Origin: an uncultured bacterium
Lineage (GTDB): Bacteria > Actinomycetota > Actinomycetes > S36-B12
Direction of reading: 5' to 3'
NCBI GenBank assembly: GCA_963700745.1
Contig: CAVOYT010000012.1
Location: 350,408 to 414,407 of the forward strand
DNA: 64,000 nucleotides
Under the pieces are notes generated by a model. That model had not been told where the DNA came from. It did no database searches and worked only from the letters and a program-made list of their open reading frames with translations. The translations under genes and the position numbers were made by a program. Each line of letters starts with the position of its first letter. Within the stretch, counting starts at the first letter, position 1. Shown piece by piece: positions 19,984 to 30,478 of the stretch.

Positions 19984-20487
19984 TCAGTCGAACAGTTCGG
20001 GGTGATGGTGGAAGGCCTTGCCATTCGGGTACGAGACCAGCTCGAACTGCATGCCCCACGGCGACAGGAAGTACACCCAGCGCTGACCCAGATGGGCTCC
20101 CTTGCTGACGGTGGGCTCGCCCAGAACCGGCACGCCCCTCTCCTTGAGGTAGGCGACTGCTACGTCGAGGTCATCGACGTAGAGGGCCACGTGATGCCCG
20201 CCGATGTCGCTGTTGCGGGGCACCTGCATGCGCTGGTCGGGCGCCTCGTACTGGAAGACCTCGAAGACGGCCTGGTCGCCGACCCGGTAGAAGCGCAGTT
20301 CGGGCACGACGGTGCGCGGATGGACGTTCAGGTGCTCGGCCATCCAGTCGCCATCGTCGTCGCGGAGGGGACCGAGGTGGTAGAGGTACTCGCACCCCAG
20401 GACGTCGACGAGCCAGGCGTGGGCCTCTGCGAGGTCGGGGACGGTGAAGCCGATGTGATCGAGCCGCTGCAGGCCGGGCAGTCCCAT
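19984..20487 (-). CDS. VOC/glyoxalase-family metalloprotein
   Basis: DHIGFTVPDL, FEVFQY, HHVALYVDD and PWGMQFEL (H/E/H/E ligands). GGAGG SD upstream. Confidence 0.85.
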   Translation of the reverse strand: MGLPGLQRLDHIGFTVPDLAEAHAWLVDVLGCEYLYHLGPLRDDDGDWMAEHLNVHPRTVVPELRFYRVGDQAVFEVFQYEAPDQRMQVPRNSDIGGHHVALYVDDLDVAVAYLKERGVPVLGEPTVSKGAHLGQRWVYFLSPWGMQFELVSYPNGKAFHHHPELFD

Positions 20488-20513
20488 GCGTCCTCCGTAC
20501 TGGGATGGGTATG

Positions 20514-20585
20514 TGGATCCATTATGGACCCGATCCACAGGTTTTCTAGGGTAAACCGCGAGAAATCCCTTGTGTATGGATCCAT
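20514..20585. promoter_or_regulatory. Paired TGGATCCA boxes, putative GntR operators
   Basis: TGGATCCA at 20514-20521 and ATGGATCCAT at 20576-20585 in an AT-richer divergent promoter gap. Confidence 0.6.
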
Positions 20586-20625
20586 TCTGTGGAATTCTGG
20601 CGAACACCCCACGGAAGGTGCCCTC

Positions 20626-22817
20626 ATGCCCGAACGCGACCGCCTCGAGCCGGACGCCCCCTGGACCCGCCTCGTCACGACCGAGGCCGACTGGGACGCC
20701 GCCGATCCGGGGCTGCTCACCAGCATGCTCAGCTCGATGGGGCTCATCCGCGCGTTCGAGGAGTTCGTACTGCAGCTCGCGTCCGAGGGGCTCATCCACG
20801 GGCCAGCGCACTCGAGCATCGGGCAGGAGGGCGGCGCCGTCGGCTCGATCCTGCCGCTGACCAGTGCCGACACGGTCAACGGTTCGCACCGGGGGCACCA
20901 CCAGTTCCTCGCCAAGGTCCTCGGCCACCTCGCCCCCGGCGGGATCGACCCCACGCAGCCCATCTCCCCCGAGATCCGGCATGCCCTGCTGACCAGCCTG
21001 GCCGAGATCGCCGGCCTCGATCGCGGGTTCAGCCACGGCCGGGGCGGCTCCATGCACTTGAAGTGGGACGAGGCCGGGGCCATCGGCACCAATGCGATCG
21101 TCGGTGGCGGCGTGCCGCTGGCCGCCGGCTCGGCCTGGGCGCATCGCCACGCGGGCACCGACGCGGTTGCCGTCACCTACTTCGGCGATGGAGCGGCCAA
21201 CATCGGGTCGACTCTCGAGACCTTCAACCTCGCCGGCGCGTGGGACATCCCGGTGTGCTTCTTCATCGAGAACAACCAGTACGCGGTCTCCACGAAGGTC
21301 ACCGAGGTCACGGCCGAGCCGCGACTCTCCGCGCGCGGACCCGGCTTCGGGATCAGCAGCTGGAAGGTCGACGGCATGGATCCCCTCGCCGTGTACCTGA
21401 CCATGCAGGAGGCCTTGGCGCACATGCGCGGCGGGCACGGTCCGGCAGTGATCGAGGCTGACGTCTACCGCTACTTCCACCAGAACGGACCCTTCCCGGG
21501 CAGCGCCTTCCGCTACCGGTACCAAGGAGGAGGAGGCCGAGTGGCGCGAGCGCGACCCGATCGACCAGGTCGCTCGTCACCTCGTGCGCCGCGGCATCTT
21601 GGACCAGGCAGCCATCGACGCATTCAGCACGGGCGCGAAGGACCTCATGGCGGACATCGGCGCCGAGCTGCTGGAGCCACTGCCCGGTGGCAAGCCTGGC
21701 CAACGGCGGATCAAGCCCGAGGAGTGGCCCGACCCGACTTCGTCGACGTCGGCGTGCGCGGCGACCTAGCGCGGAGTTCGACGGCGCCCGGTTTGCCGAC
21801 CGCGGGGACTTCACCGGCGAGCTGCGAGGAGATGAAGTTCATTGATGCGGTCGCCGAGGTGATGCACCGGCGGATGGAGCTCGACGAGTCCATCGTCATC
21901 ATGGGCGAGGACATCCATCGCCTCAGTGGCGGGACGAACGGCGCCACCAAGGGCCTGAAGGACGCCTTCCCCGATCGCGTCCTCGGCACGCCGATCAGCG
22001 AGAACGCCTTCACCGGCCTCGCCGGCGGCATCGCGCTCGACGGCCGGTTCCGGCCGGTGGTCGAGTTCATGTATGCGGACTTCATGTGGGTGGCTGCCGA
22101 CCAGCTGTTCAACCAGATCGGCAAGGCCCGACACATGTTCGGCGGCACGACAGCGTTCCCGTGGTGCTACGCAGCAAGGTGGCGCAGGGCACCGGCTACG
22201 GCTCCCAGCACTCGATGGACCCGGCCGGCATCCTCTCCACGAACCCCGGGTGGCGGATCGTGGCGCCGTCGACGCCCTTCGACTACGTCGGGCTGATGAA
22301 CAGCGCCCTGCGCTGCGACGATCCGGTCGTCGTGCTCGAGCACGTGGACCTCTACACGTCGACCGGCGAGGGTCCGGTCGACGACTTCGACTACTGCCTG
22401 CCGGTCGGCAAGGCGGCGGTGCGGCGCGAGGGATCCGACGTCACGATCATCACGTACCTCGCCATGACGCAGTACGTCCTCGCAGCGGTCGACGAGGTCG
22501 GCACCGTCGACGCCGAGGTGATCGACCTGCGGTGGCTCGACCGCGCCAGCATCGACTGGGACACCATCGGCGAGAGCATCCGCAAGACCAACAACGTGCT
22601 GATCGCCGAGCAGGGGTCGCGCGGCACCTCCTACGGGGGCTGGCTCGCGGACGAGATCCAGCGGCGCTTCTTCGACTGGCTCGACCAGCCGATCCAGCGC
22701 GTGACCGGCGGAGAGGCGTCGCCCAGCATCAGCAAGGTGCTCGAGCGAGCGGCGATCGCCCAGCGCGAAGAGGTCGTCACGGCGCTTCGCGACATCATGG
22801 AGGCGCCGGATGCCTGA
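20626..22817 (+). CDS. Fused E1 alpha/beta 2-oxoacid (acetoin-type) dehydrogenase, several indels
   Basis: HSSIGQE, GRGGSMH and GDG...NN TPP motif, followed by beta motifs GED, TPISE, EFMYADF, SQHS and DLRWL in successive frames. Confidence 0.85.
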
Positions 22818-24052
22818 GCTGCTGCGGATGCCCGAGGTGGCCGCCGGTGCCACCCATGCGGTCCTGTCCAGCTGGACGATCCCGGAGGGCGAGGACTACG
22901 CCACCTCGACGGTCATCGCCATCATCGAGACCGACAAGGCGATCGTGGACTACGAGGCGGAGGCCGACGGCGTGATCCTGCGCCGCCTCGCCGCGGAAGG
23001 TGCCGAGGTCGCGATCGGCGATCCGATCGCGCTCATCGCCGCTCACGGCGAGACCGTCGCCGACATCGACGCGGCACTCGCGGCCCTGGGCGGCGCGGCC
23101 GCGACCGACGCGCCCCCCGAGCCGTCCGCGGCTGAGCCTGCCGCCGAAGTCCCGGCTCCTGCGGTCGCGACCCGTACCTCGGAGGTGCCCGTTGGCGGCA
23201 CCCGCCTGTTCGCCAGCCCACTGGCCCGTCGACTGGCCAAGGAGCGCGGGATCGACCTGGCGACGATCCACGGCAGCGGACCCAACGGCCGGATCCGCCG
23301 CCGCGACCTCGATCAGGCCCCGACCACGCCCACCGCTGCCGCTGCCCCGATCGCCGCTCCGGCGTCGTCAGCCGGCTACACCGACGTGCCGCACACGAGA
23401 CTGCGCCGGGCCATCGCGGCGCGGCTCACGCAGAGCGTGACCACGGCTCCGCACTTCTACCTGCGCGGCAGCGCTCGGGTCGACCGGCTGATGGCCCTTC
23501 GGGCCGAGATCAACGCCGGCGAGGACGTGCGGGTCTCGCGTCAACGACCTGGTCATCAAGGCGGTCGCAGGGGCGCACACCCGCGTCCCGGCTGCGAACG
23601 TCATCTGGACCGACGATGCCATCCGGATCTTCGACGGTGTCGACATCGCCGTCGCGATCGCTACCGACACCGGGCTCGTCACTCCCGTCCTGCGAGGGGT
23701 GCAGTCCCTGTCGCTCACGCAGATTGCGCTGGCCACCAAGGACTTCGCGGCCCGCGCTCGGGCCGGCGAGCTGCGCCAGAATGAGCTCGAGGGCGGCACG
23801 ACCAGTGTCAGCAACCTCGGGATGTTCGGCACCGAGGAGTTCGCGGCGATCATCAACCCGCCGCACTCGTCGATCCTGGCCGTCGGCGCGGCCACGCAGG
23901 AACCGGTCGTCGTCGACGGGGGCGTCGAGGTCGGAACAGTCATGCGCGTGACGCTGTCGGTCGATCACCGTCCGATCGACGGCGCCGTGGCCGCACAGTG
24001 GATGAAGGTGTTCGTCGACCTGCTCGAGCAGCCGGCCAAGATCCTCGCCTGA
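22810..24052 (+). CDS. Dihydrolipoamide acyltransferase E2 (indel near 23540)
   Basis: ETDKA lipoyl lysine, ASPLARRLA...GSGPNGRI subunit-binding domain, SNLG and DHRPIDG. Confidence 0.9.
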
Positions 24053-24066
24053 CCAGCGCCCCACCC

Positions 24067-24130
24067 CGATGCCTCGTCACTTGTGGCGGGTTTTCGGCCC
24101 CGGAAAGTCGCCACGAGTGACGACGCATCG
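24067..24130. repeat. REP-like palindromic element, copy B
   Basis: Near-identical to 19236-19299; between convergent stop codons. Confidence 0.85.
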
Positions 24131-24137
24131 GAGGGGT

Positions 24138-24776
24138 TCAGGCGGACGAGCTGCCGGCCCAGTAGTCCTCGCGGCTCTTGGTCTCGGACAGGGTGTCCGC
24201 ATCCTCGAAGCCCGGGGCCATCGACGCGGCCGTGCCGGCGAGGTACTGGTGGTGCTCGATGCCCAGCATTCGGATCCAGCTCTGCTGCCCGAAGGTCAGC
24301 CCGATGAAGCAGCCGAGCTCGACCATCTGCTCCTCGGTGAAGTACTCGTGCATCTTCGACCACATGAGCTCCTCGTCCACGCTGGCGGCCCCCCAGGCGA
24401 TCGCCTGGGCGTAGCGCAGCGCTGCCTTCTGCTCATCGGTGTAGAGGTCTGAGGCCTCGAAGTTGAGCAGCTCGTCGTACTGCATCTCCTGCAGCCCGGA
24501 CGCGACGGCGGTCTCCGACCGCTGGTTGCCGCAGAACTCGCAGGTCACGGTGCGAGAGATGTAGACGCGGCACAGTTCCTTGATCGAGTGATCCATCACG
24601 CCCTCGCGGAAGATCTTCTGCCAGGAGTCGGCGAAGAACCAGAAGGACCGCTCGGAGTGGGCGCGGATGGCGGACGACTCGGGCCGGGGCGTACCGTGCT
24701 CGGCGCACCGCACGAGCTCAGCCTGCATGCGCTCGTCGACATCGTCGAAGGGGACGAAGCTGATGCGCTGGGGCAT
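24138..24776 (-). CDS. AhpD/carboxymuconolactone-decarboxylase-like protein with CxxC
   Basis: IKELCRVYIS...CEFC and ...EQKAALRYA...FTEEQMVELG helical pattern. Confidence 0.75.
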   Translation of the reverse strand: MPQRISFVPFDDVDERMQAELVRCAEHGTPRPESSAIRAHSERSFWFFADSWQKIFREGVMDHSIKELCRVYISRTVTCEFCGNQRSETAVASGLQEMQYDELLNFEASDLYTDEQKAALRYAQAIAWGAASVDEELMWSKMHEYFTEEQMVELGCFIGLTFGQQSWIRMLGIEHHQYLAGTAASMAPGFEDADTLSETKSREDYWAGSSSA

Positions 24777-24825
24777 GGGATCTCCTCGGATCGGCGCGCA
24801 GGGGGCTCAACTGTCATAGCATTGT

Positions 24826-24837
24826 GCAATCGATTGC
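24826..24837. promoter_or_regulatory. LacI-type operator (GCAATCGATTGC)
   Basis: Perfect 12-bp palindrome in the 81-bp divergent gap. Confidence 0.8.
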
Positions 24838-24857
24838 GGCGAGAAGCAAGGGATCAG

Positions 24858-25334
24858 GTGGACGAGAACCATTCGCTCGAGGTCAACGGGCACGAGCAGG
24901 CGGTGGCCTGCGATCGGGACACCCCGCTGCTGTGGGTGCTGCGCGACGCCCTCGGCCTGACCGGGACCCGTTTCGGGTGCGGTTCGGGCAGTTGCGGCGC
25001 GTGCACGGTCCTCGTCGACGGCACCCCCGTGCACTCGTGTGACACCCCGATGTGGTCCGTTGACGGGCGCACCGTGACGACGGTCGAGCGGCTCACCGCC
25101 GACGGGCCGCACCCGGTCCAGGAGGCGCTCATCGACCATCAGGCGGGCCAGTGCGGCTACTGCCTCTCGGGAATCGTCATGCGGTCCGCACCACTCGTCG
25201 ACTCGGCGCGGGCCGCGGGTGCGCCGCTGACGGATGCGGACGTACGCGAAGCGCTGGCGGGGCACCTGTGCCGGTGCGGCGCGCACAACCGCATCGTGGC
25301 CGCGGTGGTCTCGGCCAGCACGGTGCCCTCATGA
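24858..25334 (+). CDS. 2Fe-2S subunit of a molybdenum hydroxylase (NicA/IorA-like)
   Basis: FGCGSGSCGACTV, QCGYC and LCRCG motifs; GTG start at 24858. Confidence 0.9.
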   Translation: MDENHSLEVNGHEQAVACDRDTPLLWVLRDALGLTGTRFGCGSGSCGACTVLVDGTPVHSCDTPMWSVDGRTVTTVERLTADGPHPVQEALIDHQAGQCGYCLSGIVMRSAPLVDSARAAGAPLTDADVREALAGHLCRCGAHNRIVAAVVSASTVPS

Positions 25335-27443
25335 CCATCTCCCCCGCCACCGTCTCGCTGGCGACCAATCCGCTGCTGTCGCAGTGGCTTGACTGCTCCG
25401 AACCCGGGGTCATCACCGCCCGGACGGGCAAGTCCGAGCTTGGCCAGGGGATCGCCACGGCCCTCGCCCAGGTGGTCGCCGACGCGACGGGCGTCGACGT
25501 CGCCCGCGTCCGCATGCGACCCCCGAACACCGACGGCAGCCCGGACGAGGGCTTCACCGCCGGCAGCATGTCGGTGCTGCACTCCGGCTCGGCGCTGAAG
25601 GCCGCCGGCAACGCGATGCGTGAACTCTTCGCCGCCGCGGCACGACGGACCCTGTCGACCGACGATGTCGTGCTGGTCGACGGCACGTTCGTCGCCGGTG
25701 ACCGGCACACCACCTACTGGGACCTCGCGCCGGAGGTCGACCTGCACGTCGAGTTCGAGCCGGGTGCGTCGCCTCTCCCTCCCGCCGCCGTCGGCGAGAG
25801 CCTGCCGCGAACCGACCTGCCGGACAAGGTGCTCGGCCGCCCCCGCTACCTGCACGACCTGCGGCTGCCCGGCCAGGTGTTCGGTCGCGTGCTCCGCCCG
25901 CCCTACCGGGGGGCCGAGCTGTCCGGCTTCGATGCGGCCGCCGTCTCGGCACTCCCCGGGGTGGTGGCGGTCGTCGTCGACGGGAGCTTCGTCGGCGTGG
26001 TGGCCGAGACCGAGATCCGGTCGCGGGAGGCCCTGGAGGCGGCCCGCGCCGTGGCGGTCTGGACCGGGGAGCCGGTCGACCTCACCACCGACGGGGTGCG
26101 CGACTTCCTCACCCGGGCGAGCGCCGACATCGACGTCCTCGCGGAACCCGACTCTCCCCCGAGCCCCGCCGGCACCGGACTCGTCGGCCTTCCACGCCCG
26201 CTACTCGCGCCCCTTCATCGCGCACGCCTCCATCGGGCCATCCGTCGCCATGGGCCGCTACGACGACACGGGCCTGCACATCTGGACGCACAGCCAGGGG
26301 GTGTACCCGCTGCGCACGGACATCGCCCGCGCGCTCGGCGTCCCGGCCGCGGCCGTCCACGTCGAGCACGTCGAGGGGGCCGGCTGCTACGGGCACAACG
26401 GCGCCGATGACGTCGCGTACGACGCGGCGCTGCTGGCACTGGCGGTGCCCGGCCGACCTGTGCACGTGACGTGGTCCCGAGAGGACGAACTGGGCTGGTC
26501 GCCGTTCGGCCCGGCCATGGTCGTCGACATCGACACGACGTGTGCCGACGACGGCACCATCACGTCATGGACGTGGACCGGCTTCGGCAACGGTCACATG
26601 CTGCGACCGAACACGCTGCCCTCGCCATCGCTCCTCGCCTACGCCAGCCAGGCCGGCGGACAACCGATCCCGCCGTCCACCGAACCCCCAGCGGCCAACG
26701 GCTTCGGCACTGGTCGCAACGCCATCCCCGGCTACGACGTCGGACCGGTGACGGCCACCGCCCACCGGCTCACGGAGATGCCGATCCGCGCGTCTGCGCT
26801 GCGGTCCCTCGGCGCCCACCTCAACGTGTTCGCGGTGGAGCAGCACCTGGACGACCTCGCGCGGCAGGTCGACGCCGACCCGCTCGAGTACCGCCTGCGC
26901 CATCTCTCCGACCCCCGCGGACGAGCCGTGCTCGAACGCGTCGCCGCGATGTGCGACTGGTCCAACCCGCCGCGCGGTGAGGCGGCTGGCCGAGGCCTGG
27001 GCTTCGCGCGCTACAAGGGCAAGGGCGCCTGGTGCGCCGTCGTCGTCGACATCGAGGCCGAGGAGCGGATCCGCATGACCCGCATGTGGATCGCGGTCGA
27101 CGTCGGCCTCGCCGTCAACCCCGACGGAGTGGTCAACCAGATCGAGGGAGGTGCGATCCAGTCGGCGAGCTGGACCCTGCTGGAGCAGGTGCGCTTCGCC
27201 GAGGGTCGGGTTCTCAGCGACACGTGGGAGGAGTACCCGATCATCACCTTCGGCGACGTGCCGCCGATCGAGGTGGCGATCGTCGACCGGCCCGACGAGC
27301 AGTGGCTCGGTGCCGGCGAGGCGTCGATGGGACCCACCGCGGCCGCACTCGGCAACGCCCTGATGGACGCCACCGGCATCCGCGTCCGAGCGCTGCCCCT
27401 GACCCCGGAGAACATCGTGGCCGCGATGGACGAGCAGGCCTGA
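25331..27443 (+). CDS. Molybdopterin-binding subunit, NicB/IorB-like hydroxylase (indel near 26185)
   Basis: GKSELGQG, PDEGFTAGS, GAGCYGHNGADD, LRSLG, NQIEGG and GAGE motifs; no cytochrome c extension. Confidence 0.85.
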
Positions 27444-27484
27444 CGGACTCACGCCGAAACCGGAACGTCCGCGGACTGCGTCAC

Positions 27485-27498
27485 TACAATCGATTGCA
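27485..27498 (+). promoter_or_regulatory. LacI-type operator overlapping a TACAAT -10 box and the start codon (leaderless gene)
   Basis: TACAATCGATTGC followed by ATG at 27498. Confidence 0.75.
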
Positions 27499-29067
27499 TG
27501 ACCGTGGAGACCGCCGACATCGTCGTTGCCGGGGCGGGTCACAACGCCCTCATCGCCGCCGCGTACCTCGCCCGAGCCGGCAAGAGCGTGCTCGTCGTCG
27601 ACGCGCGCCACATCCCGGGGGGCGGAGTCGCCACCGAGGAGTACCTGCCCGGCTTCTTCATGGACAGCTGCTCCACCGGACACACCATCATCCAGGGCAA
27701 CCCGGTGATCAAGGACGACAGCCTCGGCCTGATCAGCGAGCACGGACTGGCCTACGTCGACCCCGACCCGGTCGCGCGCGTCGCCTTCCCCGACGGCGAG
27801 CAGATCGGCATGCACCTCGATCCGCAGGCCACCTACGACGAGTTCGCCCGGTTCAGCACCCGCGATGCGGACCGCTACCTGGAGTTCCTCGCCGACTGGG
27901 ATCGCGCCAAGGTCGCCTTCTCGACGGCGAACAACACCCCGATCGGCTGGGGTCCGTCACTGGACCAGCTGCTCGACCAGCTGCCGAACGGCGGCACCTG
28001 GCGCCGCCGGCGGGCGCTGAGCGCCTGGGACGTCATCCGGCACGAGTTCAGCGAGGAGCATGTCCAGGCCTTCCTGTTCTGGGAGGCCTGCCAGACCTTC
28101 GGATCGGTGGACCTCCCCGGCTCGGGCGTGATGCCCTACTCGATCATGGGCGGACGCCAGCGGCGCAGCTGGACCATCCCCCTCGGCGGATCGGGCCGCC
28201 TGACCGATGCCCTGGTCTCGGTGATCGAGTCGCACGGCGGCCGCATCATCTGCGACACCGAGGTCTCCCGACTGCTGCTGGACGATGGGCGCTGCGTCGG
28301 CATCGAGGCGACCGACGGGCGGCAGTTCCTGGGCACCGAGGCCGTGCTGTCGACGATCCACGTCAAGCACCTGGTCGACATGGCTCCGGCCGAGGCATGG
28401 GGCGAGGACTTCACCTACGGCGTGGAGACCTACGACATCGGCATCCCGCTGTTCGCCTTCTTCCTCGTCACGAACGAGGTGCCCACGTTCCGGGGCCTGC
28501 GCGCCGGAGGACACCGCCGTGAGCAGCGGACTCGCCCTGTGGCCGCAGGACGCCATCGAGCAGGTCCGGGACATCCGCGATCGCAAGCCGGTGACCGGCT
28601 CGGCCTGGACGCTCGTCGCCACCCCCAGCCTCGTCGATCCGTCGCGGGCGCCGGAGGGCAAGCACACGGTCAAGGTGCTGGTGCCGTGCTCGCACGTCGC
28701 CCCCTACGGCGCCGACTCGTGGGACGACGTCAAGGAGCGGCACGCCGACGAACTGCTCGCGTACGTCCAGACCGCGATCCCCAACCTGAACGAGTCGACC
28801 ATCGAGGCTCGCATCGTCAAGAGCCCGCTCGACCTCGAGCGTGCGAACGCGCACATGATCAACGGCTGCGCGCACGGCGGCGACAAGGGAGTGCCGTTCA
28901 GCGGGCCGCTGCGTCCGGTCCCCGGATGGGCCACGCACACGATGCCGATCCCCGGGCTCTACCAGACCGGCGGGACGACTCATCCGGGCGGATCGATCAC
29001 CGGCTCACCGGGTCGCAACGCGGCGATGGTCATGATGAAGGACCTCGGGCTCGACTTCCCCGGCTGA
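27498..29067 (+). CDS. Phytoene-dehydrogenase-like FAD oxidoreductase (indel near 28500)
   Basis: GAGHNAL dinucleotide motif, PLGGSG, SPLDLE and PIPGLYQTGGTTHPGGSITG.PGRNAA. Confidence 0.85.
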
Positions 29068-29072
29068 CGAAC

Positions 29073-29552
29073 TCAGGCCGGCACGACCTCCCAGCGCACG
29101 TCGAGCCGGACGCCGGCGTCCTTCATCAGGTTCATCACCGGGCAACGGGCCTCGACCTCCTCGACGAGGCGGTCGAGTGCGTCCTGCGATTCGTGCGAGA
29201 TCACCTTCGCGCTGAGCCGGACGGTCTGGAAGTGCGGTCGGACGGAGCGGTCGCCGCTGCGACCTCGGATGTCGATCGTGCAGGCGGCCGCGAACTCGAT
29301 GCGGTCATACGTGAAGTCGTATTCGGTGGCCGTGCGGCGGAAGGTCACCGCCTCGCAGCCGCAGAGCGCGCCGAGGACGGACTGAAGGGGAGTGGGTCCG
29401 ACCCTCCTCCACCGGCCACGACCGGCTCGTCGGTCACCTGAACGCCGGCCTCCGGCGTAGTCGAGGACGGTCCGCATCGTGTCATTCGTCGTGGCCGCAG
29501 TGACCTGGCGTCGCCGGATGAACTCCCCGGTGGGCTCGACGACGGCGGTCAC
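29073..29552 (-). CDS. OsmC/Ohr-family protein (compensating indels near 29400-29450)
   Basis: GPTPL...ALCGC and RCPV cysteines; the TDEP motif appears in an alternative frame. Confidence 0.75.
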   Translation of the reverse strand: MTAVVEPTGEFIRRRQVTAATTNDTMRTVLDYAGGRRSGDRRAGRGRWRRVGPTPLQSVLGALCGCEAVTFRRTATEYDFTYDRIEFAAACTIDIRGRSGDRSVRPHFQTVRLSAKVISHESQDALDRLVEEVEARCPVMNLMKDAGVRLDVRWEVVPA

Positions 29553-30478
29553 TCCGGGTCCAGCCCGTCGGTGACGTCGGCATTCTCGCTCTTCAGTTCG
29601 ACCCCGGCGTTGGCAGCGGCGACGAGAAGCATCGTCGCGAAGTCGTCCTTGGCGAAGCCGCGCCCGACCGTCGACTCGACGATGTCGCGCGTCAGGTTCG
29701 TGATGGGCATCGGCACCTCGTACTTGCGCGCCTCGGCGAGACCCAGGTCGAAGTCCTTGCGCAGGAGCACCGGGGTGAACGTCGGATGGAAGTCGAGATT
29801 CACCAGCGCAGGCGTCTTGTACTGACTGAAGAGCGAGCCCATCACGCTGTTGTTGATGAAGTCCATGATGGCTTCCCGGCTCACGCCGCTCTTCTCTCCG
29901 AGCACCAGGATCTCCGCCAGCGACTGCGTGTAGATGCCCAGGAGCAGGTTGTGGAAGATCTTCACCAGCCGGGCAGACTCTCCCTCGCCGACGTACGTCA
30001 CCGACCGGCCGAGCGACTCGATCATCGGCTTGACCAGGACGAACGTCTCCTCGTCACCACTGCAGACGACGCTGAGCTTGCCGGCGGCCACGACCTTCCC
30101 GTTGCCGCTCACGGGCGCGGCGAAGAACCGGGTACCCCGGGCCTCGGCGGCCTCTCGGACCGTTCGGCTGGTCTCGACACTGACCGTCGAGCAGTCGACG
30201 ACGATCCCGGGCACGGTCTCGCCCGTGAGCAGGCCGGTGTCGGGGTCCAGCATCACCTGCTCGAGGTCCGCGGACGTGCTGACCATGCTGAAGACCACGT
30301 CGCGCGATGCGAGGCCACGGATGGTGTCCGCGACGGTCGCGCCCTCGTCCGCCACCGGCTGCGCCTTCGCCGCGGTGCGGTTCCACACCTCGACGTCGTA
30401 TCCGGCCTTCACCAGCCGGGTCGCCAGCGGGGCGCCCATGTTTCCCAACCCGATCCAGCCGATCGTGCGTGACGTCAC
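29549..30478 (-). CDS. Beta-hydroxyacid dehydrogenase (3-hydroxyisobutyrate/tartronate semialdehyde reductase family)
   Basis: GWIGLGNMG, WNRT, DCST, APVSG, VK..HN and KDFDL motifs. Confidence 0.88.
   Translation of the reverse strand: MTSRTIGWIGLGNMGAPLATRLVKAGYDVEVWNRTAAKAQPVADEGATVADTIRGLASRDVVFSMVSTSADLEQVMLDPDTGLLTGETVPGIVVDCSTVSVETSRTVREAAEARGTRFFAAPVSGNGKVVAAGKLSVVCSGDEETFVLVKPMIESLGRSVTYVGEGESARLVKIFHNLLLGIYTQSLAEILVLGEKSGVSREAIMDFINNSVMGSLFSQYKTPALVNLDFHPTFTPVLLRKDFDLGLAEARKYEVPMPITNLTRDIVESTVGRGFAKDDFATMLLVAAANAGVELKSENADVTDGLDPE

Noticed and set aside
19236-24130. CRISPR array or IS ends
   Set aside because: Only two copies 4.8 kb apart, in direct orientation, with no spacers, cas genes or transposase.
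27498-29067. Carotenoid biosynthesis (phytoene desaturase)
   Set aside because: No crtB or crtE nearby, and the gene carries the catabolic LacI operator.
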